Positions 19,127-29,289 of a DNA stretch of 64,000 nucleotides are shown piece after piece. The translations under genes and the position numbers were made by a program. The notes under the pieces are model-generated. The model searched no databases and was not told the origin of the DNA. It saw only the letters and a program-made list of their open reading frames with translations. Location: the NCBI GenBank assembly GCA_029858565.1, contig JAOUEV010000002.1:1-64000 (forward strand), read 5' to 3'. How positions within the stretch are numbered: position 1 is the first letter of the stretch; the number at the start of each line of letters is the position of its first letter. Source of the stretch: Nitrospirota bacterium. GTDB taxonomy: Bacteria > Nitrospirota > UBA9217.

Positions 19127-21418
19127 TCATGGCGCCGGGGAAGTATCGTTCCCCCCCTGTCCCTCGGGTTTCGGCTCTTCCTTGTACCCGCATTCCTTCT
19201 TGTAACAGGCGATATAGGGTCCGGTCTTCTTGGAGAACTTTTCCGTGAGAAAGGGAGCGCCGCACTGGGGGCAGGGACGGGGCACGGGCTTGTACCAAAC
19301 GGCGAACTTGCAGTCCGGATAGTTGGCGCAGGAGTAGAACATCTTGCCGAAGCGGGACCGGCGTTCGACGATCTTGCCGCCGTCCTCGGGGCAGAGCACG
19401 CCGGTGGACATACCCTGGGTATGGCTGCACTCGGGATATTTGGAGCAGGCAAGGAACTTCCCGAACCTGCCGCGCTTCACGACCATGCCGGAGCCGCACT
19501 TGGGGCAGAGCTCGTCGGTCGTTTCCTCGGGAGCTGCCTGGACCTCGCCGTTCTCAGTGCGGATGAAGGGCCTGGTGCTCTTGCACTCCGGATAGCCCGA
19601 GCAGGCAAGGAACTGTCCGTTCCTGCCCCATTTGACCACCATGGGCTTGCCGCACTTCTCGCAGGCGATGTCCGTGGGGACCTGCTCGGCCTTGAAATCC
19701 TTCATGTCGGCGAGGGCCGCGGCAAGGTCCTTGGCAAATGGCGTATAGAAGTCGCGGACCGCCGTCACCCATTGCATGGAGCCTTCCTCGATCTTGTCGA
19801 GATCTTCCTCCATCTGCGCGGTGAAAGTGACATCCAAGATGTTGGCAAAGTGCTGGATCAGGAGTTTGTTGATCAGTTCGCCGAGCTCCGTGGGCCGGAA
19901 CTTGTTCTCGACCTTGGCAGCGTAGTCCCGGTCCTGGATGGTCGAGATGATCGCGGCATAGGTGCTGGGCCTGCCGATGCCCTTTTCTTCGAGCGTTTTC
20001 ACGAGCAGCGCCTCGGAATAGCGCGGCGGCGGCTGGGTGAAGTGCTGTTTGGGATCGAGCTTCACAAGCTTGAGCGTCTCTCCCTCGTTGAGCGGCGGAA
20101 GCACGGCCTCGCCGCTCTCCTCGTCCTGTGCCTGCGGTTCCTCAGGCTTTTCCTCGATGTAGACCGCCATGAATCCCGGGAACTTGACCACCGAACCGGT
20201 GGCGCGGAAGACGTACCCTCCGGCGGTGATGTCCGCAGAGGTCTGGTCGATGACCGCGGGGTTCATCTGGCTGGCAACGAAACGGTTCCAGATGAGCTTG
20301 TAGAGCTTATACTGGTCCGCCTCGAGGTATTCTTTGACGGCGTCGGGTTCGCGCATCGCCGAGGTGGGCCGGATGGCCTCATGGGCTTCCTGGGCGCTCT
20401 TTCCGCTCTTGTACACCGGCGGGTCCGCGGGAAGATAGTCCTTGCCGTATTTCGACGCGATCAGCTCGCGGGCCTCGTCCTGCGCTTCCTTGCCCACGCG
20501 CGTCGCGTCGGTACGCATGTAGGTGATGAGACCGACCGCGCCTTCCTTGCCCAGGTCCACGCCTTCATAGAGCGATTGGGCAATGCCCATGGTGCGCTTT
20601 GCCGTGTACCCGAGCTTGCGGCCGGCTTCCTGCTGGAGCTTGCTGGTGGTGAAGGGGGGGACGGGATTCCTGCGCCGCTCTTTTTTCTCGACCCGCGTGA
20701 CCACATAGGGCTTGTTCTCCAGGGCCGCGAGGATCGCCTTGACCTCGTCGTTGTTCTTGACGCGGAGCTTTTCTTCGTCCTTCCTGAGCAGCTTTGCCTC
20801 GAACTGCGGCGGGACCGCTCCTTCCAGCAGCGCGGTGAGGGACCAGAACTCCTCGGGCTTGAACGCCCGGATCTCGTCCTCCCGTTCGCAGATCAGCCGC
20901 ACGGCAACGGACTGGACCCTGCCCGCGGAAAGCCCGCGGCGGACCTTTTTCCAGAGAATGGGGCTGATCTGATAGCCCACCAGCCGGTCGAGGATCCGGC
21001 GCGCCTGCTGGGCGTCAACCTTATGGACGTCGATCTTGCCGGGATGTTCTACGGCCTGCAGGATCGCTTTTTTGGTGATCTCGTTGAACAGGACACGGAA
21101 AACGGCGTCAGGATCGACGGACTTGGACACGACCTCGGCCACATGGGCCGCGATCGCCTCTCCCTCGCGGTCGGGGTCCGTCGCGATCAGTACTCGGTCG
21201 GCTTTCTTGGCCGCGGACTTGAGCTCGTTCACGACCTTTGCCTTGCCCTTGATCTGGATATAGGAGGGCTCGAAGTCCTTCTCGATGTCCACGCCCAGCT
21301 TGCTCTTGGGCAGGTCCATGATATGGCCGACCGACGCCTTGACCGTGTAATCCTTGCCCAGGTACTTGCCGATGGTCTTGGCCTTGGCAGGCGATTCAAC
21401 GATAACGAGTGATTTCAT
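19127..21418 (-). CDS. topA: DNA topoisomerase I
   Basis: LVIVESPAKAKTI, ATDPDREGEAI, SAGRVQS, LITYMRTD, GIGRPSTYA, C-terminal Zn ribbons. Confidence 0.98.
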   Translation of the reverse strand: MKSLVIVESPAKAKTIGKYLGKDYTVKASVGHIMDLPKSKLGVDIEKDFEPSYIQIKGKAKVVNELKSAAKKADRVLIATDPDREGEAIAAHVAEVVSKSVDPDAVFRVLFNEITKKAILQAVEHPGKIDVHKVDAQQARRILDRLVGYQISPILWKKVRRGLSAGRVQSVAVRLICEREDEIRAFKPEEFWSLTALLEGAVPPQFEAKLLRKDEEKLRVKNNDEVKAILAALENKPYVVTRVEKKERRRNPVPPFTTSKLQQEAGRKLGYTAKRTMGIAQSLYEGVDLGKEGAVGLITYMRTDATRVGKEAQDEARELIASKYGKDYLPADPPVYKSGKSAQEAHEAIRPTSAMREPDAVKEYLEADQYKLYKLIWNRFVASQMNPAVIDQTSADITAGGYVFRATGSVVKFPGFMAVYIEEKPEEPQAQDEESGEAVLPPLNEGETLKLVKLDPKQHFTQPPPRYSEALLVKTLEEKGIGRPSTYAAIISTIQDRDYAAKVENKFRPTELGELINKLLIQHFANILDVTFTAQMEEDLDKIEEGSMQWVTAVRDFYTPFAKDLAAALADMKDFKAEQVPTDIACEKCGKPMVVKWGRNGQFLACSGYPECKSTRPFIRTENGEVQAAPEETTDELCPKCGSGMVVKRGRFGKFLACSKYPECSHTQGMSTGVLCPEDGGKIVERRSRFGKMFYSCANYPDCKFAVWYKPVPRPCPQCGAPFLTEKFSKKTGPYIACYKKECGYKEEPKPEGQGGNDTSPAP

Positions 21419-21466
21419 AGGGGCATACCTTTTTTTCCGCAGAGCGAAGAATTGGCCGGCGGTGCA

Positions 21467-22474
21467 TTACCGTAGGTGGTCGGCCTTATGCTGTTCTTCC
21501 ACGTTGCTGTAAATGGACGAGGAGATCAACTGGATCGCCTCATTCAGGTTTTCGTAGCTCTTGCCCCGCGAGAGGACGCAGAGGATGTACGGATGGCGGG
21601 GAAAATAGACGATACCGCAATCGTGCAGTTCAGCGACGCCGTCTTGTCCTCCTTCGCCGAACTTATGCGCCACAGCGATATTGTCCGGAACTCCTGCAAC
21701 GATCCCTGCTTTGAAATCTCCCCTGGTCAGCAGGTCAAGGGCCTTTTCCGACAGTTCCCTGTTCAGATACGACGCATTATAGAGGATCCGGAGGAATGTT
21801 GCGAACTGTTTTGCCGATATCATCTGATCCGGGTTGTCGAGAGTGCTCATCTTGATCCCAAGATCGCTGTATACTCGATGGTAGATGCGAGGATCAATGA
21901 TCCCTTCCAGTTCGTTGAAAGCGTTGTTGTCGGAGTAGAGGATCATCCTTGAGACAAGCTCTTCCACGGTATAGGATGCGCCGCGACTGAGTGTTTTCGC
22001 GGGTTTTATCGCCTGCATGGCATTCAAGTCGTTCCTGCCATCATAGCGGACCTTATATTGCAGGAACCCCGGGGACCGCTCCTGCTGTTTGAACGCGGCG
22101 ATCAAAAGCGGCATTTTCAACAGGCTTACGGGACGGTAATTCTCAACATCGCCGACGGAGAACCAGAGGCCGTCGTTCAATTCTCGAAAATAGACAGATA
22201 TCGATTCTATTTTCAGCTCCTTGCGGGTCTGCTCCACGAAGTTCGTAACGGAGGTCTCGAACGGCTTCAGGGTCTTTTTGCGTATAGATGCTTTCGCGCT
22301 GTCGCATTCAAGGAGTGGATTGATGAGGGTAAACCCGCTTTCACGCGTTTCCGAGAACACGGTCGGATCGTCATCCTCGCCGAGGTGGCGGATATCGATC
22401 AGCCAGCCGAGCAGTAGGCCGAACGCCATGCAGACAAGGCCGAAAAGCGAGAGCTGATAGATTTTATTCTTCAT
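21467..22474 (-). CDS. Class A beta-lactamase-like serine hydrolase, membrane anchored
   Basis: N-terminal TM, INPLLEC, SVYFRELN, SLLK (SxxK), YSDN, VAHKFG, HDCGIVY..HPYILC. Confidence 0.8.
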   Translation of the reverse strand: MKNKIYQLSLFGLVCMAFGLLLGWLIDIRHLGEDDDPTVFSETRESGFTLINPLLECDSAKASIRKKTLKPFETSVTNFVEQTRKELKIESISVYFRELNDGLWFSVGDVENYRPVSLLKMPLLIAAFKQQERSPGFLQYKVRYDGRNDLNAMQAIKPAKTLSRGASYTVEELVSRMILYSDNNAFNELEGIIDPRIYHRVYSDLGIKMSTLDNPDQMISAKQFATFLRILYNASYLNRELSEKALDLLTRGDFKAGIVAGVPDNIAVAHKFGEGGQDGVAELHDCGIVYFPRHPYILCVLSRGKSYENLNEAIQLISSSIYSNVEEQHKADHLR

Positions 22475-22594
22475 GTCCTGGTTGCTGCATATAGGGTTTG
22501 GGACCAATATGCCGGGGTATCAGGCCGTGACGGGGGCGCCGCTGCCGCTGCGTTCCGCGTGGTCCGCGACCCCGTTCGAAGCCGGCTTCACAAC

Positions 22595-23068
22595 CTAATT
22601 CCACACCGTTCCCATGTTGTCCAGCGCCGTCGACGAAAGCTCATCGTGCTCCCCATTGTCCGTAAAGAGGCTGAGCGCTACCAGGGATTTCATCTCTCCC
22701 GCCTCGATCCGTCCCGATCGGAGGGACAGAGCCTTTTCGATGAGGTCCTCACGATGGCCGGTGGTGATGATGCCCAGCTGCGCGAGTTTCGTGACAAAAC
22801 CGAAGGCGTCGATGGTGAACCGGGCGCGCTCATGGGTGCTCATGGCGCGCATGCCCGCACCGGCAGGGGGAAGCGGATACTCCCGGGATTCGTCCGGCGT
22901 CGTTTCCGTGAGCGACTGCATGAAGGTGAGCGCGGCATCGGCCTCGTGCAGCCGGTACCCGCTGCTGACGAGCGACTCCATGATCCTTCCCTCATCGCTG
23001 AAGAGTTCCTGTTTGTTCTGTACCTGGTCCGCGATAAGCGATACCAGGTTCATGATCCGTTCGTCCAC
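22595..23068 (-). CDS. smg: Smg/DUF494 family protein
   Basis: Located between dprA and topA; L...GY...E...AL pattern and R.MS.HE. Confidence 0.75.
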   Translation of the reverse strand: MDERIMNLVSLIADQVQNKQELFSDEGRIMESLVSSGYRLHEADAALTFMQSLTETTPDESREYPLPPAGAGMRAMSTHERARFTIDAFGFVTKLAQLGIITTGHREDLIEKALSLRSGRIEAGEMKSLVALSLFTDNGEHDELSSTALDNMGTVWN

Positions 23069-23137
23069 TCTGGGCTCCTTGCTCGTTCCCTTGCGATGTC
23101 CAGGTCCGGAGGGCGGGGGAACCCCGCCGCGAACCGC

Positions 23138-24238
23138 TTATTCCGAATCCCGCACAAAATACTTTCCGGGAAGCTGTTTGACAAGACCTTTCAGCTCCAG
23201 GAGCGTCAGCATGCTCCCGGTCCTTGACGCATTACCGCCTGTTTCCGATGCAACCTGATCAATATGCTTTGCTTCCATGCCGAGCGCCAGGAAGGTCCTG
23301 CGTTCGTCCTCGCTCATCTCCGGGAGCGGCCGGGACCGGTCGGCTGCAGGAACTGCATCCGGTCTCCCGATCCGGGAAAGGATATCCCCGGCATGTTCGA
23401 CAAGGACCGCGCCTTTCTTGATCAGGCTGTTCGGACCGCGGCTGGTGGGCGAACCCACATTGCCCGGTACTGCAAAGAGCGTTCTGCCCTGTTTTACAGC
23501 ATAGTCGGCAGTGATGAGCGATCCGCTGTCCTCTGTTGCCTCGATGATCACGGTCCCGCGGGACAGACCGCTGATGATGCGGTTTCGCGCCGGAAAGTAG
23601 CCGCTCTCCGGAGGGGTTCCGAAGGGATTTTCGGTCACCACGGCGCCGGAAGCGGCAATGCGCTCCATGAGCTCCCGGTTCTCGGGAGGATAGGCCACGT
23701 CGATCCCGCATCCGAGCACTGCTATCGTCCTGCCTTTTGCTGCCAGGGCCCCCAGATGCGCCTGGGTATCGATGCCCCGTGCCATGCCTGATACGATGGT
23801 GATGCCTGCTCGGGCAAGCTCCCGGGCCATGCGGCCGGCAACGGTCGTACCGTAGGGCGTGGGAGTCCTGGTGCCCACGATGGCCAGCGCCTGATCGTCC
23901 GCTGCCGCGATGTTCCCCCGTATATAAAGGAAGACCGGCGAGTCGCTGGTCCCGCGCAATCCCGCGGGATAGGACGGATCATCATCGGTAACGACGGAAA
24001 CACCCGCTGCCCGCGCCATCTCCAGCTCGCGCTCGGCATGTTCGCGCCAGCTGTGGCCGGCGATGATACCGGCCAGCCGTTCGCTGACACCGGACTCCCG
24101 AAGGTCGCTTGCCGACGCGCCAAGGGCCGCCCGGGGCGAGCCGAATAGGCTGACCAGCTTCCGGAATGTCGTTCTGCCGACCCCGGGAACGCTGATCAAT
24201 CCGATCCAGGAGAGCGTCTTTTCTGGGTCCTCTGTCAT
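23138..24238 (-). CDS. dprA: DNA-processing protein DprA
   Basis: AIVGTR, IVSGMARGIDTQAH, FPARNRIISGLS, SGSLITA, FAVPG, C-terminal winged helix. Confidence 0.96.
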   Translation of the reverse strand: MTEDPEKTLSWIGLISVPGVGRTTFRKLVSLFGSPRAALGASASDLRESGVSERLAGIIAGHSWREHAERELEMARAAGVSVVTDDDPSYPAGLRGTSDSPVFLYIRGNIAAADDQALAIVGTRTPTPYGTTVAGRMARELARAGITIVSGMARGIDTQAHLGALAAKGRTIAVLGCGIDVAYPPENRELMERIAASGAVVTENPFGTPPESGYFPARNRIISGLSRGTVIIEATEDSGSLITADYAVKQGRTLFAVPGNVGSPTSRGPNSLIKKGAVLVEHAGDILSRIGRPDAVPAADRSRPLPEMSEDERRTFLALGMEAKHIDQVASETGGNASRTGSMLTLLELKGLVKQLPGKYFVRDSE

Positions 24239-24294
24239 GATGAACCGGGTTTGAGCGCTTAGGGATAGGAATTATACAGGAGCGGAAGGGAGAG

Positions 24295-24975
24295 TCAAGG
24301 CTTTTTTCTGATGCGGCTCCAGAGCGCGGGCAGGAGCGTGAACGCAGCGAGGATCCCGAGGGCGAGAAGCACGCGCGGGGAAAGGATGTCTCCGACGTTT
24401 TTCACCGATTCGAGCTGGTGGCCGGCAAAGGCGAATGCCGCTGTTCCGGGAATGATGCCGACCGCGGTGGTCCAGGTGAAGAGCCCGAGGGAGACGCGCG
24501 TCAGGCCCGAAAGAAAGTTCACGAGAAAAAAGGGGAACAAGGGGATGAGGCGGAGCGTGAGGAGGTACCGCCCGCCGTTCCGGTCCATCTCCGAATTGAA
24601 CCTGGCGAGCTGCGCCGCATAGCGTTCCTGGACGCGGGAGCCGATCAGGTACCTTGCCGAGAGGAAGGACAGGACTGCTCCGCAGGTGGCGCCGACAACA
24701 ACGCAGAGGACCGCGGGAACGGTCCCGAAGAGATAGCCTCCGGCAAGGGTCATGACCGCGCCTCCGGGGAGGGAAAAGGCCACGACCGCGATGTACACCA
24801 GGATGTAGACAATGAACGAGAGCGTCCGGTGACCCTCGACCCAGGACAGGAGCGCTTCGCGGTTTCGCTGAAGATTCTCCAGCGTCAGGGAATCAGCAAG
24901 GCCCGAGAAACGGAGTCCTGCGATCAGGGCGACGAACAGGACGAGGAGCGAGATCTTTTTTGCATGTGCGGTCAT
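24295..24975 (-). CDS. TVP38/TMEM64 (VTT/DedA-like) membrane protein
   Basis: SLPGGAVMTLAGGYLFG, GAT.GA..SF..ARY, LRLIPLFPFFLVN, GIIPGT. Confidence 0.9.
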   Translation of the reverse strand: MTAHAKKISLLVLFVALIAGLRFSGLADSLTLENLQRNREALLSWVEGHRTLSFIVYILVYIAVVAFSLPGGAVMTLAGGYLFGTVPAVLCVVVGATCGAVLSFLSARYLIGSRVQERYAAQLARFNSEMDRNGGRYLLTLRLIPLFPFFLVNFLSGLTRVSLGLFTWTTAVGIIPGTAAFAFAGHQLESVKNVGDILSPRVLLALGILAAFTLLPALWSRIRKKP

Positions 24976-25063
24976 AGGTACCCAGGATTCTGTCGAGGGA
25001 GCTGGAAGGTCTTTGCGTGTTTGCGCGAGCCCATGTTCAGATTTTGCTTATCTTAAGATCCTG

Positions 25064-26497
25064 CTACGATCTCTTTCCCAGGATCTTCGCCGCCAGCTTC
25101 ACGAACGGATTGTTCCGGAGGCGGTCGATATAGTATCGCTTCGCCGGCTGGCGCACCACATCGGTGTAGGTCGGGTAAATATGGATCATCTGGGCGATCG
25201 CGGAAAACGGCAGGTTCAGGTGCCGCAGCACCTGCGCTTCGTGAATGATATCACCGGCGCGCTCGCCGAGAATATGGGCGCCCAGCAGTTTGCCGTCCGG
25301 CGCGATAATATATTTGGCAAGACCCGCCTCGGTGCTGTCGGTCCTGCCCCGGTCCATTTCGCCGTATCCCATGCGGTAGACGCTGACCTTGTCGCCATAG
25401 CGCTCGCGGGCCTCCTCTTCGGTCATGCCCGCATGGGCCAGTTCCGGGTCGGTGAAGGTGCACCAGGCGACCAGGTCGTAGCTGACCTTCTTCTTAAAGG
25501 GCAGGAACATGTTCCTCGTGGCCGTGACCGCCTGGTACTCGGTCATGTGGCTGAACTGGTAGGGCCCGACCACGTCGCCGCAGGCAAAGATGTTCGGCGC
25601 AGTGGTGCGGAGATGGTGATCGGTCACCACGCCCTTGGGACCGTACTGGACGCCTGCTTTTTCCAGGTCCAGCCCCTCCACGTTGGGTTTTCGGCCCGAG
25701 GCTATGAGCAGCGCCGAGGCCTTGAGCTCCTCTTGCTGCTTTTGCCGGGTCTCCACGGTCAGAGCGATCTCCTGGCCGGCCCGGACAGCCTTGAGCGCCC
25801 GGGTGCTGGTCAGGATCTGCAGGCCTTCCGCCGCAAGCTGTTTAGCGAGCAGTTCCGCAAGCTCCCGGTCGTCGCGTGCCAGGATCCGGTCTCCCATCTC
25901 AACGACCGTGGTGGCGACCCCGAGCCGGTTGTACGCGGAAGCAAGCTCGATCCCGATGGGGCCGCCGCCCAGGACGATGAGGGACGGGGGAAGCGTCTCG
26001 ATCTCGAAGATGTTCTCATTGGTGAAGAACGGGACCGTGGAGAGACCTTCGAGGGGCGGTACGAATGCCGAGCTTCCTGTACAGAGCATGAAGTATCTTG
26101 ACGAGATCGTTCTTCCGCCAAGCTCGATGTGATGGGCATCGAGGAACCGGGGGGAACCGAAGAGCACGGTGATCCCGGCTTTTTCGAATACCGGGGCGGG
26201 ATGGCTGTCGTAGACCTTTTTGACCGCTCCGCGCACGTACTGCATCACGTTCCGCGCCGAAACGCTCCCGTTGTTCAGTTCCAGGCCGTAGGTATGCAGG
26301 TGCTTTGCCTGGTGGGCCGCGGCCGCGGCCTTGAGCAGGGCCTTGCTCGGGATGCAGCCTGCATTGGTGCATTCGCCGCCGAGACGGTTCTTCTCGATCA
26401 TGGCGACCTTTTTGCCGAAGCCCGCGGCGACCTTGGACGAGACGAACCCGCCTGCGCCGGCTCCGATGGCGATCATGTCGTAGTCATAGGACGGCAT
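25064..26497 (-). CDS. FAD-dependent pyridine nucleotide-disulfide oxidoreductase (MerA/LpdA-like)
   Basis: GAGAGG, GGECTNAGCIPSK redox disulfide, GGGPIGIE, ACGDV, FTDPE, HIYPTY. Lacks the MerA C-terminal Cys-Cys. Confidence 0.88.
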   Translation of the reverse strand: MPSYDYDMIAIGAGAGGFVSSKVAAGFGKKVAMIEKNRLGGECTNAGCIPSKALLKAAAAAHQAKHLHTYGLELNNGSVSARNVMQYVRGAVKKVYDSHPAPVFEKAGITVLFGSPRFLDAHHIELGGRTISSRYFMLCTGSSAFVPPLEGLSTVPFFTNENIFEIETLPPSLIVLGGGPIGIELASAYNRLGVATTVVEMGDRILARDDRELAELLAKQLAAEGLQILTSTRALKAVRAGQEIALTVETRQKQQEELKASALLIASGRKPNVEGLDLEKAGVQYGPKGVVTDHHLRTTAPNIFACGDVVGPYQFSHMTEYQAVTATRNMFLPFKKKVSYDLVAWCTFTDPELAHAGMTEEEARERYGDKVSVYRMGYGEMDRGRTDSTEAGLAKYIIAPDGKLLGAHILGERAGDIIHEAQVLRHLNLPFSAIAQMIHIYPTYTDVVRQPAKRYYIDRLRNNPFVKLAAKILGKRS

Positions 26498-26643
26498 AGT
26501 ACCTCCGCAGCAAATAAAACCGATGAGAATCCCTGTCCCGCGACGAGGCCAGGATGCAAAAGAATACGATCGAAGCGGTACTGCCCTTCTGTGTGTCTTC
26601 TCGGTGCAGTATGAGACCGGGTTGCTTCAGCTCACCTGAAGAA

Positions 26644-27333
26644 TTACAATTTATCCTTTTGTATTCTACCACAGATATCCCGGAGTATCGGCATGGTCCG
26701 CGATCTCTCGAAAGCCGTTCCCCTGCTCCGCTCGTACAGCTCCAGCAGGTCATCGATCCGGTCCACATCCTGCCACCGCGGCAGCAGATGCACCCTGTAT
26801 CCCGATCGGGCCAGTATCCGCATGGTCTGGTCGAACACCACGCTTGTGCTCCAGGGGATGCCGCGAAAGACCTCGGGCCGGAAGGGGGCCTTCCTGAGCC
26901 CGATGAGGTAGTAGCCGCCGTCGAGCGCCGGGCCGATGACCGCGTCATTTCGCTCCAGTGCGTCGAGGGCCTCGGCGAGAACAGCCGAAGGAAGATCGGG
27001 AAGGTCGCTGCCGATCAGGATCGCACGGGAGGCATTGGAGGAAAAGGCGGAGCGAAAAGCGTTCTCCATGCGTTCGCCCAGGTCAGCGCCCTGCTGGGGA
27101 TGGCAGCGGCGTTCCTTGCCGAGCCAGCGGACGACCATTTCCCGAGCATCAGGAGGGTCGTGAAAGACAACAACCTCCCGGCAGCTTGCATCAATGGTTT
27201 CCAGCATATCAAGGCAGAAACTGCGATAAAGTTCGAGCGTTGTCTCATTGCCCAGTACAGCGGCAAGACGCGTCTTCACCCTGCCCGGGACCGGGGCCTT
27301 GATAAAGAGCATGACCAATGATGGGCCGGACAT
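26644..27333 (-). CDS. TIGR04282/DUF2064-type glycosyltransferase-like protein (rSAM-associated transferase 1)
   Basis: KAPVPGRVKTRL, QQGADLGERM, IGSDLP, GPALDGGYYLIG, IPWST, DVD...DL. Confidence 0.88.
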   Translation of the reverse strand: MSGPSLVMLFIKAPVPGRVKTRLAAVLGNETTLELYRSFCLDMLETIDASCREVVVFHDPPDAREMVVRWLGKERRCHPQQGADLGERMENAFRSAFSSNASRAILIGSDLPDLPSAVLAEALDALERNDAVIGPALDGGYYLIGLRKAPFRPEVFRGIPWSTSVVFDQTMRILARSGYRVHLLPRWQDVDRIDDLLELYERSRGTAFERSRTMPILRDICGRIQKDKL

Positions 27334-27465
27334 GAATGGGGGAACCGACATGGGATATGCCTTCACCTGCGATCCGGGCAATTCACAACCCCTTCCCCGG
27401 CAATGGACGCGGTCGGATGCCTGCGGGGCAGGGGATCGGGCTGTTTCACCGGTTCTTCCTTCATA

Positions 27466-28176
27466 TCAGCGGGTCACTTCGATGAACTCCATCCAGGACA
27501 CCGCGCGTTCGCCGGTGTTGTCCGAATCGTTCATGATGGCGATGCGTGCCCTGGCAGGGGGGGCTTTTTTGAACGCTTTCCGGTAATCGGCCAGGATGTC
27601 GATCTCCTCATCCACCCAGGTCCCCGCCTTTGCCGGTCCGGTCTCGAGAAGCACCATCATGGCCCGGTCCGTATACGGACTGATCACGAACCGGTCCGGG
27701 TCCTCCCTGCTGGCCCAGACGTAGCTCAGGCTGCTGTGGGGAGGGTACTCTCCGTACAGACTTTTCGCGAGTCCGTATTTGACGCTTTCACCGAATCCTG
27801 CCTTGTCAGGTTCATACTCGAACATGACGTACACGCGGAGAGGATAGTCGTCGCCCTGCTTTGACCGCACATCGGCTTTTGCATAGATATTGCGGACCTT
27901 CCAGCGCCACCGGACCCGGGGATGCTCGCTGACGAGAAAGGGTTCCCGGTAAACGATGGCCGATGCGGAGGCGTCGCTCTCTGTCCTGAGCACATGGCGG
28001 TCGCCATCCCGTTCGATCGTGTAGGTGGAATGGGACTTGATCTTGGGGAAGGTGAAGGGCTTCCAGCTGCCCAGGGAAGAGAAATCCTCGTGGAAGAGGA
28101 CGGCGTTGTCATCGGCAGACGCGGGGAACGCGATCATGACGATCGCTGCCAGGCAGAGAAGGAACCGGGATCTCAT
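27466..28176 (-). CDS. DUF3047 family exported protein
   Basis: Signal peptide, SASA, WRWKV, DDYPLRVYV.F, YVWAS, ADYRKAF, IAIMNDSDNTG. Confidence 0.85.
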   Translation of the reverse strand: MRSRFLLCLAAIVMIAFPASADDNAVLFHEDFSSLGSWKPFTFPKIKSHSTYTIERDGDRHVLRTESDASASAIVYREPFLVSEHPRVRWRWKVRNIYAKADVRSKQGDDYPLRVYVMFEYEPDKAGFGESVKYGLAKSLYGEYPPHSSLSYVWASREDPDRFVISPYTDRAMMVLLETGPAKAGTWVDEEIDILADYRKAFKKAPPARARIAIMNDSDNTGERAVSWMEFIEVTR

Positions 28177-28197
28177 GATGGACCCTCCCGAAGGATG

Positions 28198-29181
28198 TCA
28201 TGCTGTGGCGCCGGTGCAGGTGGAGCCGTGGCCGGCGGTGCAGCCGTAGCAGTGGTCCCCTACCTGGATCGTTCTGCTCGCAAGGGACTCATAGGAAAAG
28301 GACCGAATATGGCCAGACGCTGCGGGTTCCACGGTCATGCCGAGGATCTGGTTGAAATCGCAGTCGTACAGCCTGCCGTCCCATCCCACGCTTACCAGAG
28401 TGCGGCACATGACGCCTTCGAGCGTGGCGGGATTAAAGGAACCGGAGAGCAGATCGTGATATTTGTCCAGGTCGTTGGAGCGCACCAGCCGGTCGCGGAA
28501 CCGTCCGACCGGCATGTTGGTGATGGCATAGAGCGAGGTAAAGGAGATCCCGTAGGTATCGCGCAGGACGCGGCGGTAGTCCTGTTCCAATGCAGCCTGA
28601 TGAGGGGGGAGAAAGGGCCCCGCAGGGTTATATACAAGGTGCAGAGGATGATCCGCCTGCGAGCCGTAGCCCAGGCTGTTCAGCCTGCGAAGAGAGTCAA
28701 TGCATCGGGAGAACGTGCCGCTTCCGCGCATCCGGTCAACATTGTCCTGCTGATAGCAGGGGAGCGATGCGATGAGCTCGACCTCCTGCGCCCGGTAAAG
28801 GACCGGCAGATCTTCCATCCCCGGTTCGTGCAGGACCGCGAGATTGGTGCGGACGATGATCCGCTTGCCGAGCTTCCGTGCCGCACTGACGAGCCTCCGG
28901 AACTGGGGATTGAGTTCCGGAGCTCCGCCGGTGATGTCGAGCGTCGCAATGGGATATCGGGCAAGGGTGTCGAGGACCGCATCGATAGTAGCGCTGTCCA
29001 TGATCTCCCGTCGTTCGGGGCCTGCTTCGACATGGCAGTGCGAGCACGAAAGGTTGCAGCGGTATCCCACATTCACCTGCAGGGTCATGATGCCCTGGGC
29101 CGTGAGCGGCTGATTGCTCACCGAGAGGACCCGTTGACGAAAGGAAGCCCGGAGAGGGGGCTGTTGTCTAAGCGTGATCAT
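28198..29181 (-). CDS. arsS: ArsS-family radical SAM / Cys-rich domain protein (TIGR04167-type)
   Basis: LQVNVGYRCNLSCSHCH, LDITGGAPELNP, ASLPCY, YNP.G..LPP, MCR..VSVGWDG.LYDCDFNQ, HCYGCTAG.GS.C.G. The terminal Cys is TGC, not Sec. Confidence 0.9.
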   Translation of the reverse strand: MITLRQQPPLRASFRQRVLSVSNQPLTAQGIMTLQVNVGYRCNLSCSHCHVEAGPERREIMDSATIDAVLDTLARYPIATLDITGGAPELNPQFRRLVSAARKLGKRIIVRTNLAVLHEPGMEDLPVLYRAQEVELIASLPCYQQDNVDRMRGSGTFSRCIDSLRRLNSLGYGSQADHPLHLVYNPAGPFLPPHQAALEQDYRRVLRDTYGISFTSLYAITNMPVGRFRDRLVRSNDLDKYHDLLSGSFNPATLEGVMCRTLVSVGWDGRLYDCDFNQILGMTVEPAASGHIRSFSYESLASRTIQVGDHCYGCTAGHGSTCTGATA

Positions 29182-29289
29182 GGCACCTATGCTCCTGCAG
29201 GGGATCGGAAACCTGTCCGGCAGAACCGTTCTTCGTCTGCACTATACCACAGTCCGCTCGGTGGCCGCCACCTCGGGAGGCCGCGGCGT

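Noticed and set aside
19079-21412. 777-aa plus-strand ORF
   Set aside because: Lies opposite topA over almost its whole length; shadow ORF.
25064-26497. Mercuric reductase MerA
   Set aside because: No C-terminal Cys-Cys pair, no NmerA domain and no mer genes nearby.
28198-28260. Selenocysteine in the ArsS C-terminus
   Set aside because: The variable position is TGC (Cys); the TGA at 28198-28200 follows the complete motif and is a normal stop.
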